A DNA stretch of 64,000 nt from Syncephalis fuscata S228. Its lineage: Eukaryota > Fungi > Zoopagomycota. Every line of letters begins with the position of its first letter. Position 1 is the first letter of the stretch. The stretch covers positions 1-64,000 of the forward strand of contig JAHLTZ010000051.1 of the NCBI GenBank assembly GCA_025786725.1, in the 5' to 3' direction. The notes below the pieces were generated by a model that searched no databases, was not told the DNA's origin, and saw nothing but the letters and a program-made list of their open reading frames with translations. Below are positions 41,106-55,424 of this stretch, in pieces. Both the position numbers and the translations under genes were made by a program.

Positions 41106-43237
41106 CCTTCCTAATCGCATGTGTCCCCCCGCTAACGATGAAAACGAGCCAGTAATCGACGGTGGGCAAGACGCGGGATGGTCGCTGGCTGGCTGATGTT
41201 CTCTATCCCCTTCGTACAATGGAATATGTGCGCGTCTACGTCAATCTAGCGCTTTTCATCAGCCCGATTTTGTCTCTTGTCTTTTATTTGACCCTATGGT
41301 TATTGGCTATTTCCCATTTTACTATATATGAATAACTTGTTAACATGCATTTATATTTCTAATCGTTAATTCTTGTTTATTAATGTTTTAATGCTAAAAT
41401 GACTGCAATTGATAACATTCGCATAACTGAACTAAAAATCAGTTCTATTGAACATGGGCCAGGTGGTGCAAACTATTGATGCTCAAATAATTTAGTAATG
41501 TATTATGATTTGGGGTCAAATGACTATTTTAATAACATTCGCGCAATCGAACTGCACATTCAATCTATTGAACATGGGGCCAAGTGGTGAGTTTATTTAA
41601 TCATTACATCATCACATTTATTGTTTTTTGGTGGTCAAATGACTAAAATTTAATAACATCCTATCTATTGAACATGATGATGGGTGGTGAGTGACATCAG
41701 GGCCCAAAATACTCATCAATGTAGATTTATTATCCAGTATGCATATATTCAGTACACATATATACTCTATTTACCTATATCGTTCCCAGCCTGTCCCATA
41801 CTACTATATAGCATTCTACGATATATTAAATACATTTTATTGTTTATATGCGGCAATATACTTCACTCATCCCACTCATTACATTTTATACACTATAACT
41901 TTAAAATTGTTTTATATGCTATCTTACCGTACATTTATTATTTTATATGTCATTCTATACTCGCATAGCCATCCTCTATCCAAAAATGTTTTACCTTTGT
42001 TTTAGATTTATTATTAACAAATGTCGACTAATTCCGTTCATTGATCATGCATATAACTCACTAGATTCAACATAGCTAATTGTCATTTTACACTGTATAT
42101 TCTTTATATTGTATATCAGTTTATTGTCTAGTAACTATGCGCTGGCTATTACCGTTGCCTGTTTGGTTCTAGCACTGTTATTAAAAAATGTCGACTAATG
42201 TTGGTCATCTGCTCATGCATATATGCTCAATAACTAGAACATTGCTAATCTCGCTCAATGTTGCATATTCAGTATAATGTTTATCATTTTATTATATATT
42301 GGCTATACGCTTTCTATAGCCGCTGTCGGTATAGTTTTAACTTTTTTATTAACAAAAATTAACATATTGCACTTAGTTTGTTCACCGATTTGTATTGATA
42401 GAACAAACAACATGAATATGAACGGAGTTGTTTTATTGAAATTATTTATAAATAAACTAGATCATGTCAACTAGTCATGAATTAATGTTAATCAAGCAAA
42501 GTGACGGGTATACATAGCAATAACACATACGGTGATGATATATGCATACTGGATAATGAATCTATGATGATGGGTATTTTGGACCTTGATGTCACTCACC
42601 ACCCATCATCATGTTCAATAAATTAAATGTTATTAAATTTAGTTATGTGGCCATTAAATTATAATATAATTACTAATTTGATCATTAATAGAACTCGCCA
42701 TTTGCCCCATGCTCAATAAAACGCAAATGCAGCTCAACTACGCGAATGTTATTAAAATAGTCATTTAATTTCCAAATAAAATAGTTAAATAAATTGCTGC
42801 AAATAGAAAGAATAGGAATAGACCAGTTATTATCAAATAATTAATTAGTAGACCGCTATATGGTCCTAGTATTTTATACTAAACACTACTAGTTAATTAT
42901 AATGGTTATATAACAAATAATCTCCGTTAGCATCATTATAATTCTAATTTAAGAAGACATGGAACACTAGCCGTTTATTAAATTGAATCTATCTATCTAT
43001 TTATACAAGTTATATTTAAAGTTGTTTTGTTATGGTTAATAAAGAAAAAAGGTCAAGCAATTAGACGTCTGTATATTAATATTTAAGCATTTGGTCGGGT
43101 TAAATTCCCTAAAGCTTTATTTAGAAAGAGAATTGTACAGATATAGTAAACATCTGAGCTTGAGTTTATCGCTGTTTGCGTGCAGTAGATTCTTCTTCTT
43201 CTCTGCGTCGTTGCATGTCTGCTGGGCTAAATGCTTA

Positions 43238-43711
43238 AGTGTTTAAATAAACAAAGATCTGAAATATTAAAGTTTGCTAGCTTTAATGCTATTAAACGTG
43301 TACATGCTACTGATTTGATGAACGACGTCAATTAAGTGATTTGCGTTTATATAAATTAAATAAACTGTTATTTATCCATATGATATTTGGTAGACTTTGG
43401 CGGCTATTGTCCTGAATGTCGTACGCCATTATTATCCCAAAGCTTTTGCGAGCAGCGTAAACGCTATAGAAAAGGTATTGAATGTGCCCTGTGTCATATC
43501 ACTGTACGAGGTAAGCTACTATTTATAAATTATAATAGCGGAACAGAACGAGTATAGTGATTAATGATAATAAAGGACTTGTAAATGTTTGTCTAGTTTA
43601 TCAGCATGGTGGCCATCAACATCATATACAAGAATGTTTAAACAAGGCAACGCAGACTGTCCCACTGGTTGTGGATGTATTTGTGTATTAGCCTGTGGAG
43701 AGTTTAAATAG
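43238..43711 (+). pseudogene. WDR59/SEA3 3' fragment, P2 left arm
   Basis: GYCPECRTP..KGIECALCHITVRG | ..HGGHQHHIQE..DCPTGCGCIC; closer to the RING consensus than the P1 copy. Confidence 0.82.
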
Positions 43712-46665
43712 ATATAATAATAAATAATAAATATAGTACCAAATAATAATACTACGATCATGATATTATAATCATATTGTTATAATAATGTGATTAAGAA
43801 ATCCACCATGTAATTAAACAATAATAAATGCGCTGGATAGTAGCGCCAATTACGGATAACAAACGACTAACGCGAGGATATAGCCAGCAAATGCTTGTTA
43901 GTTATAAACAGACAGGTGGCTGCATAGACTGGCACATTAATTTAATGCTGAAATATACAAAGTATTGAAAGTCTAATATTAGCTATATTTGCTATACAAT
44001 GATAGTGTTATTCTGTATCAATAAAGTGAATTACCAGTCTCTAGCTCCATCTTATTGCTAGGTAATACCATACAGAGTATTGAGTTTATTATAGTTCAAC
44101 TGTGGTAATTAATGGCAATTGTACATTAAATTTACTATCAATAACTGTATCAACTAACCAATGAGTTGTATTCTGTGTTAAAATAAGTGCTAATAAGCAT
44201 TAAAAGATAAAGTTATAGAATACCATTACAACAAGATGTTACTTGATCATATAGTTTATAGCTTATAAAATTATAAATGCAATAAAATCATTATTTATTT
44301 GTGATGAACACCATTTACAATTATTTTGATTCGCTCGCTTTTACTTTTAATTAGCAATGATCATCATACAAAGTTTTGTTTATTCAATATAGCCAAAATC
44401 ATTGTAAAACACCTTAACATTGATGTACAATAGCCATGAACATTGTAAAATGGCATTATTTGTTATTTTTATTACACATAACCAACATACAATTTAATAT
44501 TTTTTATTTATAATAACTATACTCATATTTAAAAGTGATTATAGCGTAGGTGGTAAAAATGCAATGTAATGTGAGTTAAGCAATAATAATGGTAATAATT
44601 TAATTAATAAACCAGCCATAAGTTTATGTATGACTTTACGTATAATAAAGCAAATTACTTGATATTTTGTACAAGTATTTATATGGCATATAGATAGCTG
44701 CTGGCAAAGTATATCATTATTGCATTGTGTGATGATGTAGTAATTGCAATAGTATACTAATAAATGTACAAAAATGTCAGTTTTTAGGCAATCATGGCTT
44801 ATATAATTAATATACAGCAAAACAATTGCCGGATTCGAGTTTTCCATGCTTGAATATACCGTTTGATATAGTTTATAGAAAAATAAATTTTGCAAAAAAA
44901 GTTGGTCAAAAATGCGATTTACGTTATTTTAATTTATTTAGTAAAGCGTTGATGCTATGATGTATAACTTTACGTATAATAAAGCAAATTACTCGATATT
45001 TTGTACAAGTATGCACATAGTACATATGTAACTACAGGCAAAGTATACCATTATTGCATTGTGTGATGATGTAGTAATTGCAATAGTATACTAATAAATG
45101 TACAAAAATGTCAGTTTTTAGGCAATCATGGCTTATATAATTAAAATACAGCAAAACGATAGCCAGATTCGAATTTTCCATGCTTGAATGTACAGTTTGA
45201 TATAGTTTATAAAACAATAAATTTTGCAAAAAAGTTGGTTAAAATGCAGTTTACGTAAATAGTTGACAAACATCTAATCTATATGTATATTAATAACATA
45301 AATTGTCACTGTATGTAGATATTTATACATACTACCTCGCTGCTATCTTTGTTTTGACGTTGTAAAGTGCTTTGTGTTTACTTTATATTGAATACTTTTT
45401 CAGTATTAAAATTTCTAAAATTATGGAATTTACTTCTTGCTAACAACTATTTACGTAAACTGCATTTTTGACCAACTTTTTTTGCAAAATTTATTTTTCT
45501 ATAAACTATATCAAACGGTATATTCAAGCATGGAAAACTCGAATCCGGCAATTGTTTTGCTGTATATTAATTATATAAGCCATGATTGCCTAAAAACTGA
45601 CATTTTTGTACATTTATTAGTATACTATTGCAATTACTACATCATCACACAATGCAATAATGATATACTTTGCCAGCAGCTATCTATATGCCATATAAAT
45701 ACTTGTACAAAATATCAAGTAATTTGCTTTATTATACGTAAAGTCATACATAAACTTATGGCTGGTTTATTAATTAAATTATTACCATTATTATTGCTTA
45801 ACTCACATTACATTGCATTTTTACCACCTACGCTATAATCACTTTTAAATATGAGTATAGTTATTATAAATAAAAAATATTAAATTGTATGTTGGTTATG
45901 TGTAATAAAAATAACAAATAATGCCATTTTACAATGTTCATGGCTATTGTACATCAATGTTAAGGTGTTTTACAATGATTTTGGCTATATTGAATAAACA
46001 AAACTTTGTATGATGATCATTGCTAATTAAAAGTAAAAGCGAGCGAATCAAAATAATTGTAAATGGTGTTCATCACAAATAAATAATGATTTTATTGCAT
46101 TTATAATTTTATAAGCTATAAACTATATGATCAAGTAACATCTTGTTGTAATGGTATTCTATAACTTTATCTTTTAATGCTTATTAGCACTTATTTTAAC
46201 ACAGAATACAACTCATTGGTTAGTTGATACAGTTATTGATAGTAAATTTAATGTACAATTGCCATTAATTACCACAGTTGAACTATAATAAACTCAATAC
46301 TCTGTATGGTATTACCTAGCAATAAGATGGAGCTAGAGACTGGTAATTCACTTTATTGATACAGAATAACACTATCATTGTATAGCAAATATAGCTAATA
46401 TTAGACTTTCAATACTTTGTATATTTCAGCATTAAATTAATGTGCCAGTCTATGCAGCCACCTGTCTGTTTATAACTAACAAGCATTTGCTGGCTATATC
46501 CTCGCGTTAGTCGTTTGTTATCCGTAATTGGCGCTACTATCCAGCGCATTTATTATTGTTTAATTACATGGTGGATTTCTTAATCACATTATTATAACAA
46601 TATGATTATAATATCATGATCGTAGTATTATTATTTGGTACTATATTTATTATTTATTATTATAT

Positions 46666-47139
46666 CTATTTAAACTCTCCACAGGCTAATACACAAATAC
46701 ATCCACAACCAGTGGGACAGTCTGCGTTGCCTTGTTTAAACATTCTTGTATATGATGTTGATGGCCACCATGCTGATAAACTAGACAAACATTTACAAGT
46801 CCTTTATTATCATTAATCACTATACTCGTTCTGTTCCGCTATTATAATTTATAAATAGTAGCTTACCTCGTACAGTGATATGACACAGGGCACATTCAAT
46901 ACCTTTTCTATAGCGTTTACGCTGCTCGCAAAAGCTTTGGGATAATAATGGCGTACGACATTCAGGACAATAGCCGCCAAAGTCTACCAAATATCATATG
47001 GATAAATAACAGTTTATTTAATTTATATAAACGCAAATCACTTAATTGACGTCGTTCATCAAATCAGTAGCATGTACACGTTTAATAGCATTAAAGCTAG
47101 CAAACTTTAATATTTCAGATCTTTGTTTATTTAAACACT
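46666..47139 (-). pseudogene. WDR59/SEA3 3' fragment, P2 right arm
   Basis: Reverse complement of 43238-43711. Confidence 0.8.
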
Positions 47140-49599
47140 TAAGCATTTAGCCCAGCAGACATGCAACGACGCAGAGAAGAAGAAGAATCTACTGCACGCA
47201 AACAGCGATAAACTCAAGCTCAGATGTTTACTATATCTGTACAATTCTCTTTCTAAATAAAGCTTTAGGGAATTTAACCCGACCAAATGCTTAAATATTA
47301 ATATACAGACGTCTAATTGCTTGACCTTTTTTCTTTATTAACCATAACAAAACAACTTTAAATATAACTTGTATAAATAGATAGATAGATTCAATTTAAT
47401 AAACGGCTAGTGTTCCATGTCTTCTTAAATTAGAATTATAATGATGCTAACGGAGATTATTTGTTATATAACCATTATAATTAACTAGTAGTGTTTAGTA
47501 TAAAATACTAGGACCATATAGCGGTCTACTAATTAATTATTTGATAATAACTGGTCTATTCCTATTCTTTCTATTTGCAGCAATTTATTTAACTATTTTA
47601 TTTGGAAATTAAATGACTATTTTAATAACATTCGCGTAGTTGAGCTGCATTTGCGTTTTATTGAGCATGGGGCAAATGGCGAGTTCTATTAATGATCAAA
47701 TTAGTAATTATATTATAATTTAATGGCCACATAACTAAATTTAATAACATTTAATTTATTGAACATGATGATGGGTGGTGAGTGACATCAAGGTCCAAAA
47801 TACCCATCATCATAGATTCATTATCCAGTATGCATATATCATCACCGTATGTGTTATTGCTATGTATACCCGTCACTTTGCTTGATTAACATTAATTCAT
47901 GACTAGTTGACATGATCTAGTTTATTTATAAATAATTTCAATAAAACAACTCCGTTCATATTCATGTTGTTTGTTCTATCAATACAAATCGGTGAACAAA
48001 CTAAGTGCAATATGTTAATTTTTGTTAATAAAAAAGTTAAAACTATACCGACAGCGGCTATAGAAAGCGTATAGCCAATATATAATAAAATGATAAACAT
48101 TATACTGAATATGCAACATTGAGCGAGATTAGCAATGTTCTAGTTATTGAGCATATATGCATGAGCAGATGACCAACATTAGTCGACATTTTTTAATAAC
48201 AGTGCTAGAACCAAACAGGCAACGGTAATAGCCAGCGCATAGTTACTAGACAATAAACTGATATACAATATAAAGAATATACAGTGTAAAATGACAATTA
48301 GCTATGTTGAATCTAGTGAGTTATATGCATGATCAATGAACGGAATTAGTCGACATTTGTTAATAATAAATCTAAAACAAAGGTAAAACATTTTTGGATA
48401 GAGGATGGCTATGCGAGTATAGAATGACATATAAAATAATAAATGTACGGTAAGATAGCATATAAAACAATTTTAAAGTTATAGTGTATAAAATGTAATG
48501 AGTGGGATGAGTGAAGTATATTGCCGCATATAAACAATAAAATGTATTTAATATATCGTAGAATGCTATATAGTAGTATGGGACAGGCTGGGAACGATAT
48601 AGGTAAATAGAGTATATATGTGTACTGAATATATGCATACTGGATAATAAATCTACATTGATGAGTATTTTGGACCCTGATGTCACTCACCACCCATCAT
48701 CATGTTCAATAGATAGGATGTTATTAAATTTTAGTCATTTGACCACCAAAAAACAATAAATGTGATGATGTAATGATTAAATAAACTCACCACTTGGCCC
48801 CATGTTCAATAGATTGAATGTGCAGTTCGATTGCGCGAATGTTATTAAAATAGTCATTTGACCCCCAAGTTATGTTAAATAGGTAATAAATTGTTTAATG
48901 GTATAATAGAAATAAAGAACTACTAACTGATATTATCTGTAATAAACTATAGTGATATGAGGCGTGCTGCAATAAAACCGAACAAAAAGAGCATTGGGCG
49001 GTCCAGTCGACAAGATCATGTCGCGTTTCGTCACGCGCAGCTCTTTCCTCTTTCCGTTTCTCGTCTCATCCACCTTCGCACGCTGTCAAATTCTGTCCCT
49101 CATTCACACGCTGTCAGCTTCTGTCACCGCACCTCATCCTCACTCCCGTTGGTCTCTTCAATTCCGCTAGTATGTTTGGTACTGTTAGCATCTTTCTATT
49201 AATTCTGCACAATGCCTTCCAAAGGACCACGAAGCGCACTAAAAGAGGTCTTGTACAATCCAAGATAAGCTTATCCCGGCAGCAATAGACACATGTTTCT
49301 CCGCATCATATACCTTCTATCTGCTCTGCACCTATTGTGACATCTGCAGGGCGTCAAAGAGGGAACTATGAGCCATTCCATGTCTCACATGCCTCTTTAC
49401 CTGTCATTGCTGTCAAGCTGGCGCATCATGAGTCTACGTGACTCTGTCGCTCTCTCTTTTATCTATCTTTTACTTGCTTTCTCTTTCTCGGCCTTCTCGT
49501 TCTTACTCTACTACTACCTGACCTTGCCATTGTCTGTAACCTTGTTACTTTCTTTTTGTTGCAGATCAAGATCAACCAGTCTCAGCAGCACCTGAAGTG

Positions 49600-52465
49600 A
49601 TGTCGGCGGTCTGGGTCAAGCTTCTTCAAGCTGCACCGAACAGTTCACGATTTGCAAAGCTAGGCATTGGTAAAGTCCTAGTCGAGAGCAAGATCTCCAG
49701 CCGAAAACTCAATGTTGCTGACCTTCGCAAAACACTTATCACCAATGTTGCTTTCAGAAACAAGCTGGTGGGCATGGGCTCGTCCGAACTCCAAGTCTAC
49801 AAGAATGAGGCTGACGCCGGCGATCCGGGAAAAGCTATCAAGTTAAGCAAGAAACTCAGCGAGCTTATAGAAGAAAACGGCTACGACAACCCGCTAATCG
49901 TTGTAACGCCACCCAAGCCTGGTAAGTAGTTTTGCTCTAAAGACCAGCAGTCAATATAATTCCTTTCTCTGCTGTTCCCCTTGCTTTACATCTAAGTATG
50001 TAGTGCTAATATTTAATTCATCTTCCCATTACTCCGATATAATCCATGTGTCTGTCCTCTCTCGTGCCTCTACTTCGCTTTCTGACCATTTTTCAGATTG
50101 ATTACGTCCTAGTGAATATAATTAACCTTTTCTAAATACTCACTTGTGTAACCTTGTACTGATTACCTAACGTTATTTTTTATTACCTTTTTTGATCATG
50201 TAGCAACATTTATCCAGCAGACGTCTGTTCCGTATGATCACATTGAGAAGGAATTGAGAATTATTTTCCAAGGCCTCAACCATCATTTCACCCGCCCTGT
50301 CGATCCAAAGGATGTTGAAGCTTCGCAAAGAAGTATACTAGGACCCTTTTACAAAAAAAGTCTACCATATCGCCAAACAGCAACAAATATAAGTCTAGTG
50401 ATGTTAGGAATTAAATTGAACAAGCAAGCAAGCGACAGTAATGGCAAGACTCTTCGTTCAATTGTCGAGAACGACATCGGAAAATTGAGTAATTATTGTA
50501 CAGTGGCCATGGTTGCCCCGTCCGCTTCAGGAAAGACTGCAACAGTCATTGACCTTGCAAGCAAGCATTTTGTCATTTATTGTGTCTGTTGCATACCGAA
50601 TTTAATCGCTGCGGAGTTTATGGACCAAAACTTTATTACGCTTGTAGAGGATGTCGAGGAAATATACTGGGCCATTGTTAACAGGAATCAGGGAAGTTGG
50701 TACGGGCCACAGGACATTGATTCCGAAGTAAAATCACGAGTGGTAGAACGCGTCAAGCTCGAATTCCTTGCACGAATGCTCTTCCTTCAGTATCTCCTGG
50801 AAAACAACCCTGATTTAAAGCCGCAGCAGTTCTTCCATGAGCAGATTACTGCAGGTAGCTTGACTATCGGCGAGCTAGTTAGCAAGCTGCGGAAATACGA
50901 CAACTACACAATCCAAGCCATGCTTAATAAAGTCCAAACCAAGCTTCGGTCCCATTTATCTTCCAAAAAACTTGGAATGGTAATTGCTCTGGATGAAGCT
51001 CAGGTTGCGGTGACTAGGATCTTATCCAATAAGCTTATTTCTCCGTCCGCTTTGATCAAGAACAAAGATACCCTTTTTGATGACAAGAATCAAATACAAC
51101 CTCGCTTCCGCCGCGGCTTTCTTACGCTTTTATCAGCTACTCTGCGCAATATGCAGGCGACACTGGTAATACTAGGCACAGCAACCTCATTGCAGGATAC
51201 CGAACATGTGTACTCGGCCATCGCCAAACAAACCAATTTTTTGAGGATAACGAACTTTCCGAGCTTCGATGAAGGCGATGTGAGCAGGCTATACTCGGAT
51301 CTAATCGACATGTCAGGCTGTGAAATTCCGCCTGCCAAACTCCGCCTGCTAACAGGACGACCTCGATTTTCCATTTTCGTCATCAACCGTCTCGCCGCGT
51401 TTCGCGCTTTTCAAGACTCTAAACAAGCTACTTTGGAGCACGCTATTTACAAGTCGATTGAGTATACGATGAGTGGTCTTCGGGCCATGATACACACCAT
51501 TCTTGACAACGATCGAACAGGCGAGGCAACTCGGCTTCTCTCTCGGATGGTAATGGCTTATCATCTTCACGGTGGCAAAGTATCCTTCTTGAGCAAGGGC
51601 CAGTTTGACTTTGTGGACAAGGCTCTGTGCAAACTACGATCACATTACGGTACATTCACTTGGTCATGGACGAGCCAATAGTTGTTGAGACAGTGCAGGA
51701 AGAGCTAAAGGCTTAGACAATAATCCGGTGTTCTTGGAGCACCTAAATCAGATGTACCAGGTTGTCACCAACTTTGGCATCACTTCAGCTTCAAAAAGAG
51801 ATGCGTTGGGGCCACTTGTTCGTCAATCACTTCAACGCTTCAATGGCTACCGTCTTGTTGGTCTTCCTTTTCTTCAAGGCGTCACATTGCCCGCCTGGTG
51901 CAACAATCTCCAGCTCCAAATTGATGAGATTAACACTGCCAACGGATTTGGATACACCGACAGTGGTGTCCGTGCAGATCTCGCCTTCCTCACCGAATGT
52001 CCTCCGAATAAGATGCTTATTGCAATAATGGCACATGTCCGGACGGAGTCTGGTTTTTTTCTGACAAACGTTACGCCGGCTCTCTTGCGATCAAGCTCCG
52101 CAGCGACCGTCTGAAGCAGTCCACCCACGAATCAAACGAAACTTCCAGCAATATTCGAAGTTGCTTTTTGAAACAGAGTCGTGCCAACGTGATTCAATCA
52201 CTGGCAGACATTCGACATGACTTTGAGGCTTCGGGTACTCCGTCCAACCTCAGGGGCATCCTCCGCATCCATCTTGATTCCCTGGCGTCCGGACGGTAAT
52301 CCAGTTACCTATATCAAAAAGGACCCTGCGACTGGTATTGAGGATGTAATGGTGTATATAGACCTTTCGAATCTGGACGATTTTTTTTTCGAGGGCATCG
52401 CAGAAAACAAGGACGATATGGTCAAATTGAAAAAGCTGATCAAATTCGTCTCCATCTCAGAGTAA
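49600..52465 (+). CDS. Crinkler (CRN)-family effector, third diverged/mosaic copy with frameshifts
   Basis: Same two-exon structure; Walker A variant APSASGKT; single-base deletions near 51651, 51714, 52023 and 52272-52292. Confidence 0.85.
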
Positions 52466-53104
52466 AGATCGTTTAGAAATAACACTACAATTTCTAATTC
52501 GAATTCTCTACTTTTTTGTCCATATGCCTTACGTTCTAGCGTTTCTTCATTGTTTTATACGACTTTCGAGCGCTGCCAGCTGTCCTACTGCAACGCGTGT
52601 TAGACGCGTCGAGACTAATTTTTCACGCCGTCAACTGGTCATCGTATACATCCTACTTGTGGTAAATACAACTCAAAAAACGCAATACAAAAATATGCTC
52701 TGTAAGGATTAGTACTAATAGTATTGAAACAGTAGTTGATGTCGAAATAAACGTTTTATTGAAGAGTAAATACAAATTACTAATGAAACAGCTATACGAA
52801 AAGAAAGCGTATTGTTATAAATAATAACATAACATGATGAACATGTATAAATATGGCAGTATTTACTATCGATATATTTATACAGATACTGAGTGTAATA
52901 TTATATGATAAAAACAAATAATGAAAAATGAATATACAACGTTAGGTAAAAGTATAAATGAATACATTTATTTAATAGTAGATATTATAGTGTACATTTG
53001 TAAATATATAAATAATTATTTAATGTAGTATAAAATTGGAAAATTAGAAAAATAGACAGTCGCTAAATTTAATTTTATTAATTTTATTTAATAAATAAAA
53101 TCTG

Positions 53105-54758
53105 CCAAATATCTACTAAACTATCTAAAAAAGCTATATTTAACAGTATTAAAAAACTGAGAGCCGCTGTTGACGAGTTTAAGCTTGTTAGCGGCTGTGA
53201 TTTTAATAGGAAAAATAGTGATTCAACAAGATTGCAGCTTATTTGTCCTCATAAAGACCGTTACAGCAACAAATATCAGTTTATTTTGACTGCCAGAAAG
53301 CAGAAAACTGGCCTAATAAAGATTATCCAGTGCAATATTAAACATTTTAATGGTTGTTCATATGATTTGGCAATAATACTATTAAATTTATTATTAAGTC
53401 CATTACAAATGATGTTACTACACTTTCAAATATGAAATTAAAAGATGCACAAGTGAAAGTATTAAGTACATATTTAATTATTTAATATACACTAACAATT
53501 ATATCAGCTATTTATTTATTAAAGATTACCTTGTCAAATTCAAACACTTTAATACTGACTCTGTTCAGCACTTTTTGCAAAACTAGTCTGGTAATTTTGA
53601 AAGAACATTTTTATGTCATTTGGCATTTATCAAAGCTTACCAGTATACTCGTAAAGTACTGGTAATTGATAGCTGCCATTTAAGATATTCTTATAACGGT
53701 GTTACTCTTGCTGCAGTTGTTAAATATGGAAATAACAATATTTTTCCTTTGGTTGGTGCTATAATATCTCATGAAATAAAAACAACTGGGTTTATTTTTT
53801 TAAACATTTATTAGATTTGATACTTGAATTAAAAGAAAAAACCAAGCTATTGTTAGCGACAGAAATAAAAAAATACATTCTTTGGTAAAAATTGTATTTC
53901 TCTTGGCGCGCCACTCTGCATGCATTGCTCATATCGAAAAAACAAATGCTGAATTTAAAACAAAGCTTTAACTAGTAAAGAGGTTGCTGCTATTTATATT
54001 TATTTAAATTACATTCAAAGTACTAATTTATTTTCTAGATTTAATGAAAATGATACGGTCATTAAATGAGCCAGCCTATAACAATCTAATAAACTCAGCA
54101 AAAAACTGGGCTAGATTGTTTTTTAAATAGCCAAGATTCGGTTGAGTTTAGATTCATCAGAACCATTGAACTCGTGGATGAATGATCCTTGGAACAAATC
54201 CCATTATCAGTTTTTCACTGGATTTGTCATTAAAGTTGGAACTTTATTAAATAGCCGTAGGATTAAGTATCCACAAGCTCAAGAATTGTTATCTAATAAT
54301 ACCCGATTGTTGTATAATTCAACGTTAACTGACGCCAATAATTATATAGTTGACAATTATTTGGATACCAAATTTTAAGTTAAAGATACTAAGTCCGGTA
54401 TTGTCAGAACAGTATATTTAACTAAAAAACCTGCACGTATGGGTACTGGGAAAAAATAAAGCTTGTTTGTAGTCATGTAGCAATAATTTTGAAGAATCTT
54501 AAGCTTTTATTAAATAATTTTATTGATAAATCTTACACCATTGATTATTTAAGCAAATTATCTGTTTCATATATTTGTCCGGTTGAAATAGAATCAATTA
54601 CCGCAGATATTTTGTGTTTGCCACCGAAAATAACGAAAAAAGCCGGTAGACCAAGAGTTAAAAGAATCAGATCTTGTGGTGAAGCTTTGGAAGCCTCGCA
54701 ACGATATGCTTGTCGTAATTGTAGCTCAAAGGACACAATACAAGAACATACACTGTAA
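53105..54758 (+). pseudogene. Decayed MULE/MuDR transposase, third copy
   Basis: Same fragments as 22540-24187. Confidence 0.85.
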
Positions 54759-55424
54759 ACGCTAGAATTAATAATGTTGAAACAAGCACCTTTATTGAAT
54801 AGCAACTACAAATTACTAATGAAACGGCTATAAAAAAGAAGACAAGTCATTAAAGAATGTTTAATTTGTAATGAACGCCATTAGAAAAAACAAAGTGTGG
54901 AGCAAATAGAGAATGATTTTATTAATTAATAAATTTAATGAATTTTTAAAAAGAATTTATATGATAAAATTAGAAACAATGTATGGCAAAGACTGCATAT
55001 GAATAAATTGCAGACGCTTCGGGCTTTTCTAAAGAATTGTTCCAAATATGCATATGGCGGCTCGAGGGCAAGGGGGATTAAATAAGGCGTCGGCCACCAA
55101 TGGCCTTCAGAGTCCATAAGAATATGGCGTGGAGAGGCGAAAGCCGTCCTGGAGATTGTAAGTAATACGTACGCAAATGTACCAAGAAAAAGCAGGCGTG
55201 CTTGTTGGATATTGAAACAAGCGGGAAAATAAGAAATGGTAATTGATTTTTGTACAGCTGATGAAATAATGTATTGTATTCATAAATGCTACATAGCAAC
55301 GGAAGCTGGCAAAAAGGGGGAGACGAGAACTCAACCTAAAGCGACGACCAGGAGTATATTTGGAAAATCTATGTTGAAAGTTGGAAGTTGCGTAAGAGTT
55401 GTGTGTCCCAGGAAAGAGTGCACT

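Larger units (their letters stand above)
41511..48866. repeat. Palindrome P2: arms ~3.4 kb, same core as P1
   Basis: Mirror ORFs with coordinate sum 90377 (41684..41968/48409..48693; 43561..43761/46616..46816). The loop ~44925-45450 includes an extra ~300-bp unit plus the shared spacer. Confidence 0.96.
41511..54838 (+). repeat. ~13-kb direct repeat of 11261-24270 (palindrome core + CRN + MULE relic)
   Basis: Colinear ORF series, e.g. 18378/48957, 19021/49597, 22666/53232, 23918/54489. Confidence 0.95.
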
